Assembly (NCBI GenBank): GCA_047495785.1
Contig: JBLDXI010000001.1
Span: 4,092,001-4,156,000, forward strand
Source: Lepidodermella squamata
Taxonomy: Eukaryota > Animalia > Gastrotricha
Reading direction: 5' to 3'
Length of the DNA: 64,000 bases
Position 1 is the first letter of the stretch, and each line of letters begins with the position of its first letter. Shown here one piece after another: positions 34,615 to 47,500 of this stretch. A program made the position numbers and the translations under genes. The notes under the pieces are model-generated. The model was given only the letters and a program-made list of their open reading frames with translations, searched no databases and was not told where the DNA came from.

Positions 34615-36725
34615 TCAAGTCTTTGAAGCCATTTTAGCTTCGATGATCCTGGAAATCTCAGGCCGATTTGAAGCTCTAACTTTTCTTATCACATCTTCCG
34701 GAAATTCACATCGCTTCATTTCCGGCACGATCAGCTCGACGAAAGCTTGGTAATTATTTTCAATAGCTGACAGCAACAACGCCCGAAACGGCGCTTTACA
34801 ACCAATTATCGGCTGGAGAAACAAGCGTCTGCACCAAAATTTGAATCTAAACAAATCGTTGAAATCCGAGAAAATGCGATCTCTCGCCGGCTCGAAAAGG
34901 CCGTCGGCGCAAATTTGAACAATACGCTCTGCTATTTGAAAATGGCAAGATTCTACGGCGATATGAATCGGCAAACAACCGTGTCGATTCTTCGTTTTCA
35001 ACACGCTCGGATGAAAATGAGCGAGAAAATAAGCAATTTCCGAAAATCCTTCCCTACAAGCAATATGAACCGCTGTATTTCCCTCAAATTCGGCAAAAAT
35101 ATCAGCTCCGTTGTTGACCAATACTTGAACTGAAGCTAAATTGTTTAGCAAAACCGATTCAATCAAAGGTGTTTTGGCATTCAATCGATTATCCAAGCCA
35201 AACTTTCGTGTTGCTAAGAACTGGACCATTTCAGAATTTCCGGATTTTGCGGCGTAACTCACAGCTAGAGATTTCATTTCAGGGGTTAGTTGCGCTTCAA
35301 AATTCGTCACGAGGTAACGAACAATTTCAGCTGAGCCAGATTTACAGGCTAAATGCAACGGATACATCCGATCTGTTCCGCGAAAAGGCGACAGCTGCAA
35401 CAGGAAACTTTCATGTTCACCGGGCTTCAAGATGTTTTTCACAACTACGATGTTTTTCGACTCAATAGCCTTGAAAAAACGCAACATTTCAGTAGATTCC
35501 TGCGAACAAAAATTAGTTATTCCAAGAATTTAAAAGCAAATTCTGTTAAGTTGGGCCTCAATGCCACTTGAACAGGCGGTTCATAAATAAGATCGACAGC
35601 CATTTCCAAACTTCTTTCCACGATTTCAAGTTGCTTCTGATCGAATAACACAGTCAATTCTGAGGCAGAAATAGCATCTTCCAGAAACTCAACGTTGAAG
35701 ATCTGCAATCATAGATTCATGAGAAACGTTTTACCTCAAGGATTTGTGTTACCTGGTGATCCTTAGCTAACGAAGCATTGTAAAGATCCAAAACAGCAGA
35801 AGGATCGGTGTGAAGAGGTGAAACATTCGCTAGCCTCGCGATTTTGTTTTTCATTTCCGTCAAGTCGGCATGATTCGATGGGGCATAAGCTTCGTCGACG
35901 TGGGTCATCAAGTCGAGTCCGCGTCGGTCGATTTCATCGAAAAGTCGACGCCTGTGGTCGTCAATCAGCTTTATAAACGCATCCAATTTTTCGTTGGTTC
36001 TTCTTTTTGCGTCTGCGATTTTTTCATTTATTTTAATTTCGAGAGATTCAATTTTCTCATTTTTCGTCTTGACGGCACAGTTTACTCTCGATCGGAACTG
36101 AAAAGATATAAATGTTTGAAACTCGGGGAAGTTTGACTAGTATTTACCCCAGATGAAACTCGCTTAATTTCGATTTTCAGCCGTTCGATGTGCAAGATGT
36201 AGCACGCAACGCAGAATGGTTTCGAGCAGTGCGTGCAAATAGCAGCGGGTTTTGTCAAAGACGCGTGCAAACACGATTCGCCAATCAACACGCCGGTTGA
36301 ATACTCGTCATAATTCCCTAGTGTCTCGGCAGCTTTTTGGGCAGAGAAATTGGTCGCCAAATCTGGAATATCATGAAAATTGCACTAGATATTGTCAATA
36401 ACCACTAGAGAAAGCAACCATTAGCTGAATCTGCTGGTATGGCATTCGAAGATCGGCATTCTGGGCAGGTTATGATTCCATTCATCTGATTCTGTGCGAC
36501 TATGGGTAGTAGGCTGATACAACTGTGGCAGAAACTATGGCCGCAGTCGGGCAACATTTTCGGCTTGTCCAGAATTCCGAGACAAATTGAACAAGTCAGA
36601 GCCTGCAAGTTTGTAACGGTTTAATATTCAAGTAATGAAGAATGCGCGATTACCAAAGCCAATTCACCATCGACTTTTACCCGCTTGTTCAGCCACGTTG
36701 AATCAAAGAATTCGGCACGCTTCAT
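34615..36725 (-). CDS. RING-B-box-coiled coil-ankyrin protein (TRIM-ANK paralogue C); exons 36725-36654, 36602-36419, 36362-36148, 36097-35753, 35702-35568, 35499-34615
   Basis: TRIM-type C3HC4 RING LTCSICL..PKMLPDCGHSFCHSCI..ITCPECR, then LATNF (TRIM post-RING helix), CLH..CTHC-x3-FCVAC-x3-H-IERLKIE, coiled coil, ankyrins (PLHLACKSG, KTPLIESV, NTAVHIAC, LPIHIAV). Confidence 0.85.
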
Positions 36726-37000
36726 AAAAGTAATTAATCAGAATGCACCTAAATTAATTGAGAATGTTGGAACTACGTACCAGATTGATGAGAATTTTGG
36801 AAAAAAACTAGATTCAACGACAGAAAAAGAATGGCCTGAAGCCTGAACCAACAAAACCTCATGTTTGACCACATCTTGAGAAGAAGAAGAATGTATTAGA
36901 CCCAACGCTCAGGTCCTGAGAAAGAAATCAAGTAGGAGAAATCAAGTGGGAAAAACTAACTCTTGACGACATCAAATACTTTTGCTCAGTATATATGGTC

Positions 37001-37194
37001 TCTCATCAGTTGCATCAGTGCAAAGAGATTGAGCCAAGGGAGACGCAACCCAAGGAAAAATATCAAATGTTTTCACTCCATCAAACAAAACAGGACCTTG
37101 TGCAATAATAAACACACCAGCTGTTTCTTTTTGAAATAAAACTCGTTTTCAATCTGGTACGTTTTCTTGGGTTGCGTCTCAATGATCTGATGAG
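37001..37194. repeat. Short foldback (MITE-like) inverted repeat
   Basis: GAGACGCAACCCAAG (about 37040) / CTTGGGTTGCGTCTC (about 37166) perfect 15 bp; outer TCTCATCAG / CTGATGAGA. Confidence 0.55.
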
Positions 37195-37784
37195 ATGGCG
37201 GTGGGTGCATCGACATCGATTGCCAACAAAGAAACGCAGCTCACGTGGACGCGAAGAAGTTGGGTTTGAATTCACCGCGGTCTTAAATTTGACATTAATT
37301 AAAATTGCTTTGCAAATAAAGCAATAAAACGCACAAAGATTAAAACTTCGAAAATTTGCAAATTGGCAATATAAAGAGCGTCCTTAGTCACGCTAAGGAA
37401 GCGATGTGGTTTAACTTTCTTGGTGGTGTCTCGAGGGGCATAACCGAAGGTTATCGCGAGCTTTAAGCTTCAACGTTAATTATTTGGTATTATACTTACA
37501 GCTTATTAAATTCATTTCACATTAGTAGCACAATATAAGCACTTGATTGTGATCATCCTTCACCATATGTTAAAGATTAAAGATTAAAGAGATTTGCCAT
37601 ACTTTCTGAAGTCAATTGCATCTAATATGTTCAAAGCAAGGAACCTAAATGACAGTTACCTCCGACTTATACCGCTTCTGCCCTTCAAGTCTCCATCACA
37701 TGTTTCCAAATAGTATTCACACTTGCTAATAAAATAAGTTAATCACCATATTGATGCTTGTACCTAGTTTTTACGTAAGTCATC

Positions 37785-38366
37785 ATGCCTCCAAAGGCGA
37801 AGAAAAAGAGCAAGAAGGGAAAAGATGGCGACGAGATTGAGAATAAATTCAAGAAAGCATCCCATGAGATCGAGTCTTTGCGCGACGAGCTGGTTTTCAG
37901 GCGAGAGCTGGTGCGGCGAGCTCAATCAGTCTCCGCAATTACTCGAAATAAGACAATGGACCTTGAGATTCAGATGGACGAGATTCGAGTCGACGCCAAG
38001 GCGAACAATGCGGAGCTTATGCGACAATACCGCGCAGTTGAATGCGAAATGAATGTAAAAATTGCGTCTTTGCAAGTTGATTTCGAAAGAACAAAGCAGC
38101 AGCTTGCTAAAACCCAACAAGATCTTTCTGACAAATGCAAAGAGTTACAAGATTTAAAGGAGGAGAAAGACGCAAAAATCGCTGAACTCGAACAGCACAT
38201 TTGGAAAATGGAACGACAGCACATCACGATTCTTCAAACAGCCTTTGACACGTTGGCTGGAAAAGTTCGAGACGCTCATGATCGATGGGTCTCCGAAGCG
38301 GTTCAGATTCAAGGCGATCACAAACACAAGCTTTTGGAATTAGGCCTCAAGCCTCTTGAGTTTTAG
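37785..38366 (+). CDS. CCDC153: Coiled-coil domain-containing protein 153 / dynein regulatory complex subunit 12
   Basis: MPPK-K-rich start, ESLRDELVFRRE, long coiled coil, C-terminal W..HKHKLLELGLKP match the CCDC153/DRC12 pattern; AATAAA 38444. Confidence 0.8.
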   Translation: MPPKAKKKSKKGKDGDEIENKFKKASHEIESLRDELVFRRELVRRAQSVSAITRNKTMDLEIQMDEIRVDAKANNAELMRQYRAVECEMNVKIASLQVDFERTKQQLAKTQQDLSDKCKELQDLKEEKDAKIAELEQHIWKMERQHITILQTAFDTLAGKVRDAHDRWVSEAVQIQGDHKHKLLELGLKPLEF

Positions 38367-38523
38367 TATGAGTTTCATGAAATATCTAATATTTTAGATT
38401 TTAGCTCCCCATTTCCCAACTGTGATTTGCTGTCAAGTGTGATAATAAAATATTGTTTTATTTTATTTTTATTAAATTTTAGGTGAATTGTTATGGTTTG
38501 AGTGAAAGTTATGATACCAAGAA

Positions 38524-41500
38524 ATGGATGCAAAAGAACCTACGTTGATTGAAATCACTCGGGCCACCCCAGTTCACCGAAGAAATTACTTCTCAATCGC
38601 CGACTCAATACTCGATAGAGGTTGATTCTTTAATATTTTCTCGTGCTCTAAACTCATATTCCCAAAATATAGATGGTGTTTATTGGAACGATCGGCTGGT
38701 TGAGCTGTGTTCGTTCGGCGATTCTAGGAGCGTTTTAGAAGTCGTAAACAAAGTCAAGCAGGTGAAAGGCGCCTTCACCCTCGATGCCTGCCACTCGAAA
38801 ACAGGCGACACTGCTCTGATCGCTGCCTGCAAGAATCAACACTACGAATGCGTCGAAGTTCTTCTCCGACTCGGTGCCGATCCTTCTGTCAGAAATGCGA
38901 CAGGCGAATCCGTTCTGGACTTTTGCGCGCAAGACTCTCAAATGCGAAATTTAGTCATGACAGCTGATTGCCGATTGCCAACTACAGAGAAAAGCGCTTT
39001 AACCTTCTCGTCATGGATCGGGAATTCTGAATTATTTTCAAAATTTTTGGTATTTTTCAAGAATTCTTCATTGTTGTTAATACAAATCATTGGATTTTTA
39101 GTGCCTGAGTGACGTCGATTTGTCAAAAGTTGACGAGATTCGCAACGCGAATGGGACTCCGCTGATTTTACTCGCAGTTCAAGATATCGAGCTGTTCTCG
39201 GAAATTTTCAAAAATAGCAATTTAGCGGCAACATTTCACCCTGAGCAAATCGTCGCTAAATTGCTGAGCTACAACGTAAACGTGAATGTCGCGGACTCTT
39301 CAACTGGCAAAACGCCAATGCATTATTTGTCTCAAATCGACAGCGATCTAACGCTGAATATCATGCGTCAATTGATTGAAACGAGAAGTGCTGATCTTTC
39401 AGCCCGAGATCTCGAAGAAAATCAGCCGTTGCACTATGCGTGTGGTGTTGGTAACGAAGCAGCGGCTGTTTTGCTGCTACATGAAGGTTGTGACGTGAAT
39501 GCTCGCGGCCAGGGTGGCCAGACGCCGCTTCATTTTACGGCTTCGATTGGAAGCCAGGATTTGGTGCGGATCTTACTCGATTGCGGTGCTGATGTAACGC
39601 TAATCGACGACCGCGGTTTCACGCCTTTCGATGTTGCCCATGGTTAGTTTTGCTTATATTCATAATAAATGTTACTTGAATTTTGTGAAATTGTTTAGAC
39701 AATGTTGTTAGAACTAGTCTAAGAGAAGCTTGGACTGAAGCTACGACGCGTAAACGCAGCACAAGCACCGATGTTGATTCATCACTGGACCAAGAAACCG
39801 AGCAAATACTCGCCAGATCCGCCGGCAATCTCGGCGAAGATCTGCCGCAAATCGGCGGAAAGTTGCGCTCGATTCGCTCGCTACCAGTCCTGCCCTCGAT
39901 TTCCCCATCAAGTCCTCGCGTTTTGGAAACGGGATTGGCGAACAAAGTGGTTCATTTTGAACAGGGATCTTCGAGCTCGATCGCCCAATCGACGAGTGAA
40001 AATTCGTTGGCTGAAATTTCGGCGTTGCTTGATAAGCACTCATCGCAGGGTAAAATTCAGCGAAGCGTGACATCGAGCGCGAAACCGAGGCTGAGGAGGT
40101 GGCGGTCGACTTCAGCTGGTTGTGGATTGCCAGTTGTGAGCAGTAGTCAAACAGCTGGCGTTAAACTACCCCCTCTTCACACTGCAGTTTTAGGTAAATA
40201 TAAATAATATATGAGAAATGTCCAGAACCGGGGCAAAATTCGAAATTTCGATTTTTCGCTCGGAGGTACAGAATTTCTCGAAATTTCAACCATTAGAGAT
40301 TGGAATTCAGCTGACAAGAAAAATGTCCGTAATGAGGTCATTTTTTGTACAAATCCATTGCGCAGTTAAAATTGCATAATTATTGCGTAATTAATTGTGT
40401 TCAACAGAAGTTGGCATGCCTTCGTGGCGCGTTAACAAAAGCCGGCCTCAAACGACGCCAGAACTCGGCGCAGAAAGCGATAATGAGTCTACGACTTCAG
40501 AAATGGTTGTTGCCACGCCGAACCGCAAAGTTCGAACACTTCATACAACAATGCCATGCCGAGTTTCAGTATCAGCTCTCGTTATCCTCGGATCGAGGCC
40601 GCCTCAAATGGCCAACGACATGTCGATAGAAAGCGTATCTGCTCGCTCGAACAAAACAAATTTGGGGTATGAATATTTTTAAAATTTCAAAAATGATTTT
40701 TTTGTAGAATTTTGATAAATCTCAAACTTCGATTTTTAAATTCCTTCGAAAATTTTGAAACTTCTTTTGAAAAATTGTAAATTTGTGAATTTTTAATTAT
40801 TAAATTTTTTTTTAATTTTTGAATAAATTTTCAAACATATTTTTTTGGATAATAGATCTGTTTCAAACGCTAACCCGACTACGCCGAAGGAACCAGCCGT
40901 CAAAAAGCCGATCACAAAATCGAACAGCATGAGCAAGTGCCAATCGAATTCGGCCAGCACTTCAAATTCGCGATGCAATAGCAAATCAAAGCCTCCTCCA
41001 ATCACCGCCTCAAACAACAACAAGAAAATTGGCATCGGACCGCGGCGCCACTCGATGACCTCGTTTTCACCCGAGCGCGTCGTCACAACGCGCCCGTCAC
41101 CGCCGAAAGAACTCGCGCCAGCCTTCCCGAAATTCGACCAGCCGCCTCAGAGGTGCTTGATCGAAAGCGTACTACAGCCTTCACTAAAAATCGAGCCGAT
41201 CTACCAAGATATCGGCGGTTTATCGAGTGATGAAGAGCGAAAGCCGAATTCCGCGTCGAAATGTGCGAAAAAACCTGTGAAAAAGCCGGTGAAGAAACTG
41301 GCGCCGAAAAAGGACGAAAAACCAGCGAAGAAATTGAAGAAAAATTCGGCGAAAAAACCGATCGAGCCTGAGTTACCGCATGAAACCAGCTTCATCCTAG
41401 AAGACCTGAAATTGCCGTTGGATGGTCAAACTTTAGATGAAATTAGTGATCAAAATTCGTTGCGAGCTTTGTCTGATATAATTCAGCTATCGACCGTCAT

Positions 41501-44500
41501 GGAAGAAGATGAACTGTTGGCTTCGATTCGAAGTTCGCTGTCGAAACAGCCGACTAGTCGCTTGCATGAGACTATGGCGAGGCTGAGTAGCCGATTTGTG
41601 GCCGATGAGGAGGTGGCGGGCATCGACCGGTCGAATGGCGACGCTAGTGATGCTGAGACTTTGACGCCGGATGATGGCGTTGAGATGGAGCAGATGAAAC
41701 GGGAAATGCTCGAGCTCGGCCAACAAGCTGCTCTGGACGGGGAAGAAATTGTCGTACCTCTCGTGGTAAGTCATTAATTGCTTGAAAATAAAACTCAAAA
41801 GTCTATTTGAAACTTGAATTTAAATTTGTATTCATGCGGAATATTTATTAGCGGAAATTAATTTTCGAATGTTTTTGTAAAATTATGGAAAATTCTGAAT
41901 TTGAAATTGACGAGGCGTTTCTACAGTAAATTGCACACATTTTTAGGGCAACATATTTTGAATTTAATGTGCTAAATTTATTGTTCCAGTGCTAATTTTA
42001 ATTTGTTGAGACTTGAGATTTTGCTCCAAAATTTGTGTTTTTCGAGTTTCAGATTTTCTAGAATATTATTTGTTGTCCGCCGATAGATAGTTCCGCCAGG
42101 CTCTCTTCGGGTATTCATTGGCTTTGGTTTAAACCTGAAGAGTAAAAGCGTGGTAGGACATAAGGGCGGCCTGACAAAAGGGCGGCCGAATTAGAATATA
42201 TGGCACTATGTTTCATTGGCGTGTTCCAGTCAACATAGGGAGGTGGCATGGGGGGAGGGGATGGTGGTACGGTTCCAGCTGTAGGAACGGGGCTTGTTGG
42301 CGAGGAAATGTTGGAGCTGAAATTGTTGGCCAGGAGCTTGAACTGCCATTAGTTGCTCCAGTAGCCGGTGAATTGGAACTTTGTCCGGAGTTTGCAGCAG
42401 CGGTTGCAAAGCTATTGGTCGAAGGTTAGGCGGCCGAGCAGCATTGACCAGTGGCATTGACCAATGGCTGCAAGACTGAAGGCTGCCACGGTTCTGCTAA
42501 GCCGGGCCTGGTACCGCTTGGTTAGCAGATTTCGAGCACCTGGCTGATTGTCAAAAGGCCTCGCATCTTGTTGTTGCTGAGAGAGCGAACTTGAAGTTAT
42601 TCCTTGTGTCGAAGAAGTTGTGTTAAATGTTTTGCCTTCCTTTCTGTGACGTCACGCTTGTGATTGGAGCATTCAAATTTATCGCTGGCGGTGCAGCAGC
42701 AGGCGCAAGAGGTCGAATCACTTGCTGTGCTGGAGGAGGAGCAGCAGCACCCATGTTCGCTGGAGCCTGTTGTCGAGGAGAAGCAGCAGTATAACTGTTG
42801 CATACGTGGAATTGCGTCGAATACGTTGTTTTGAGGGAACATTGGTGGAAAAAATTGATTAGCTGGCGCAAGACCGTCTATAGGAAACTGTAGCTTTCGA
42901 AGTCCGAACTCCTGCAGCAGCGGTTCAAGAGAAACATTGTCTTCTTGCGGCATCAGTTGGTTCATCAATCAGAAATTTTCGGGCCGAGCTGCCTGAGCGG
43001 TTGGATAAGGACAATTGCTGCCATAGGTCAGGCATGACAGCCCTTGCATCTAAGAAAGTTGTTATGCGATGGCCTTGTTGTTGCGTGGGTGGTTGTTGTA
43101 GCGGTTGCCAGCAGCAGGGAGATCGCAAGGACGCCAGATCCCTCCAGGCATTCTCGGTTTAAAGCTTGTACGAGTTGATTTTTTATTGAGAAGTGATGAA
43201 ATCGTTTTAAGAAATGATAACTACTAGGCCTTCGTTATACAGTGACAATCAAAATGGTAACGTGGGTGATCGGGTCGACGAAATTGAAGCGGTGGTTCAC
43301 CGTTAGGTGCGTGTAGCCTTGCTGGCCCAGGCTGCCCAGAGATCCGACATGACCTTCGTTCCCGGTTCGATGTAGTCTCTGATGATGGGATACAGCGTGT
43401 CGCGATCTCGCCGCTCGACAGGGACGAGAAAGCCTTCGCGAGTATAGCGATCGTAGAGGACCAACCTGCCGAAGTTTCCGCTGTACCAGAAGCGTTTCGT
43501 CGATTTAGCCGGGACCGCTATGTCGGACTGGAAGTTGCGCCAGTTGTGAGTATAAGCCGATTTCGCACTGTCGCAGCGTATCACCGTCTTGTTGCCAATT
43601 CTGGGACTACAGGTGTAAGCGAGGCGAAGCACCTTGGAGATGGGTAGATTGGACCCGCTGAAGAAGCTGCCCTGGAGTAGCGACGTTGGCAATCCCTTCG
43701 AACGCCGTCATTCAAGGCATTGCGAACATTCTCGGCGCATTGGCCGTTACAAGTGGGGCATTCATACGTAGAAGCCAGGAGACCGAAGCGCCGACAAAAC
43801 ATGCGAGTTGACTGCGTTGTCGCAGTATCGCGAATGAGATCAGAAATTATTATATAACGGGAAAGCTCATGATCGGGCTAAGCAGCCGCCATCGAGTATT
43901 ACAACGCATTGGCCGTTGCAAGTGGGACATTCATAGTTGGAAGAAGCTAGGAGACGCTAGTGGAGCGAGTTGATTTTACCGTCGCAGTATCACGAATGAT
44001 ATCAGAAATTACAAATCGCAGTGTGTAGGTCCAATAAATCGCAGTACAATTTTGCTTTCTGGCTGGATACTGCTCCAATTTGCCGAGCAGCCGAGCAGTA
44101 GGATCCGCCGAAGAATGGTCCAGCTTCCCTGTTAACTTTACGAGCGGTCAGTTTACTAGTTGGTCTAAGGCCTGTAGTGCGGATATCGATTTAAGTTATC
44201 GATTTCGCAAATCAGTGATTTTTGTTATATTGATTTTGAAGTCATCTTTGAAGTCACCGTCGAAAATGCTACCTAGCTAGTGGTACCAGGTAGCTCCAAA
44301 ATGTTCCAGGGTCATAAGATGGGTGCATCGTTATCGATAAAAACGGCCAAATTTGTGGCTACGATTGAATTCGAACCTCGGAAATCTAAAAAATGATTTT
44401 TTGAATTATTTCAACAAATTTTCTCAATTTGTAACTTCAACATTTTTGTTTAATTTTTAGAGTCATTCCCAGAATTTGCTGGCTTCTGACGACGATGATG

Positions 44501-47500
44501 TAGCGCCTGAAGTTGAGGAAGACCTCATCCGGCCAATATCGCGAGCGTCTTCCACGCGAAATCCGGTCGTATTTCAGGAAGATGAAAGCCTGCCGCCCGT
44601 TGCTAGCGCGGCTAATTCTGTTGCCGTCGATGAACCCGATGAAAATCAACCCGTTGCTGCTGAAGATGTGCCTATCGGTGAACCAGTTGCTTATGAATAC
44701 GACGACGACGATTCAGCTACGCCTCAGCCTCTGCTAAGGGCCTCGAGTGTTTCTAGCCAGGCTCCTGAGCTTCAACAATCTATCCGCTGGCGGAAAGGTA
44801 AATTATTTTTGATTGTTATTACCCTAAAATAGGAAAAGGCAGGTACTGCGTGTACCATAAACTGCGCATCCATTTTTGAAAAATTTTCAATTTTTTCCAA
44901 AAATGAAACTATTTTGTAAATTGATCATGTCGTGCGAATCTCCCATATGATCTTATTATAGCGATTTTACGAAAAAAAAATTGAAAAATTTACTGGAGAA
45001 ACTTCGGAAACCCCGGTGGTTAATCTTTCGTTAATTTTAGGTATTTTTCGGTATTTTACCAGGTTAGTTCACATTTTTCCTACCATGGTTCCTCATAGCG
45101 TTCGGAGTTTTCGGCATATTTTGAGCTGGGTGGGCGGTTAAAATGCAGATACAAAGAGTAGAAAAAAATCGATTTTCGATTGTTTCAGTGCCTAGTTTTT
45201 AGCATTTCATTTTGCAGGAATAAAAATTCACTGGCTTGAAATTTCTCGCATCTGACTAGCAATATACTTTGGTATAAGCTCGGGAAGTACTAACATTTTC
45301 GAAAGGAAATTCGAAAACGAGTTGAATTTGAGAATGAAACCCTCATTCTCCTTTCAAGTTTCGAACCCTCGAATTTTTCGATCAGGGCAGAACAGTTGAG
45401 TAATATTATGTACGCTGCGAATTCAGTCAATAACTTGCTTTGACCAAGGTAAACTGAGTGTAGTGGATCGATCGAAAAAATCGAAATATTCGGGTCGAGA
45501 AATTATTGGTCTTTGGCCGGGAGGAACGCATTTTCCGCTTCATCGTAGTAGTTGAGCTGATGCTGACTTGAGTGGAGCCACTCGGACGTTATCAGGCTGA
45601 TAAACTACAAAAAGGCTATTTTTTGGTTTATCGTTTTATCAGGAAAAAGTTTGCATCGAGAACAACCCTTGGCCTCGCAAAATCTACATGCTTCAGTTCC
45701 GGAATATTTAGTGTTATAGCTAGTTTTGCCTGGTCCGGATTATCGAAAGGATGCTAAAGAGTAAGCGATGGTGACGAATGACTCGATCTGTGAAATGAAA
45801 GCATCGATAGTGTCATTTCCCTGATGATATAATATTTTACATCTGAGATCCAAGTCTTCTCACTGGTCTCACTGGGATTGAATTTTTGTACTTTGTCATG
45901 AAGTTTCAATTCGCTATTAGAAATTTGCTCATCATCAGTATCAGAGTCCTCACGATTGATAAGAATCGACCTTCGTTAATTGGCCATTTATTTTAATTGA
46001 TTTCAGTATTCAGTGGCTCAATGAGTCAACACGGAAAACTAAATAGACTGGAAGTCGATAAAGAAAAACTTGGACTGGAATTGTCGACGCGCTATTCCCG
46101 TTCATTAGGATTTCGTTGAGCTCATTAACAAAAGGGTAGAAAGCTTTTCGAACGATATCAGAGTTTTTACATCTTCAGCTGTTCTTGATGGTTGACTCGT
46201 GTAGTTGAATTCCGTCCCAGCCGTAATTCAGTTTGAAAGGTCTCTTCAACGTGTCGGTTTAGACGTGGTCGATGCTAGAGTTTGCAACTTCCCAGAAAAA
46301 CGAATTACCCGCTGAATCTTTTGCGCCTGTTAGGACGCATCCGACGTGTTGGGAAACAGCTAGCAATTCGAGGTATTGGTTGATCCAAGTTTTTATGCAT
46401 CTTCGGTCGACTTTGAAGTTCGATTTTGAGGTTTCGAGAGGCTGAAGTGAATGTTGATTTCCTTTGCATGGTCGACTGTTCGAGGTTTGAAAGCTCTATG
46501 AAATTTGTAAATTTCCACATAAAAAACTGAACTTCATAGATCCTAGATTCTAGATCCTAAATTGAAACATTTGACAATTTCGTGGTGTCTCTCGCCAGGC
46601 CGGTGCTTGCAAAATATTCTCATAATATTCTGTAAATTGAATTTTTTCCATGCCCAAGTCGGAGTCGGAGTTGCATCCTAACATCAATCCGGTTTCGAAA
46701 ATTTTCTTCGTAATCAAAATTTAATGAAATTAAAATTTAATCGAATTATTTAAAATTTAAAATTTAATCGAATTATTTAAAATTTAAAATTTAATCGAAT
46801 TATTTTAATACAGCGTGTCCCATAAGTAACGCAAGGAAAGAAATTACACGGAAAAGGGTTCAGAAAGTCTAAAATGAGAGACGAAGTCACATTCCATGGG
46901 TCAGAAAATTAAATCGCGGATAAAAGATTGAAAATTCGAAAATTCCTTTTTATTATTGAGACGTCCATTCGTTGAATGGATGGGCCGAATCCATGGGTCC
47001 CGAATGAGCGCTCTTAAGGTCGCTTGTTGGGGTCTCTTGAGGACAGCTCGGTAGCGATTAGTGCAGTCTCGCTGACACTCCTAATCTACCACTTTTAACT
47101 TTTGTAACTTTTGTTTTTTGAATTTTCTCTCGGCAAGTTCAAAATTTCAAAAAAATTTAAATTTAAAATTTTTGAAAATTAGTTAATTTCCTACAAAAAG
47201 TTGCCAAATCAAAAAATATTTGCGCACCTTCTGGTACACGCTGTAAAAAATTTTAAAGTTTGATTCCGAAATAAATTTTGAATACTTAGCAATTTTTTAT
47301 GAATGATATTTTATTGCTAAGCTATAAATTCGCTTTTTATTTCTCTTTAGGTAACGAAATCGGTCACGGTGGCTACGGCAAGGTGTTTTTAGCGTTGACC
47401 TCGCTCGGCGGTCTCATCGCCGTTAAACAAATTGACACGTCGCGATTCAGCCGCGACGCAATCGAAAAGCAGTACGAACGCATCGACGAAGAAATCAACA

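Noticed and set aside
44840-46620. Possible decayed transposase (HTH-like FKVDRRCIKTWINQ) in MAP3K19 intron 7
   Set aside because: Many stops and no TIRs or catalytic motif found; too weak to assign.
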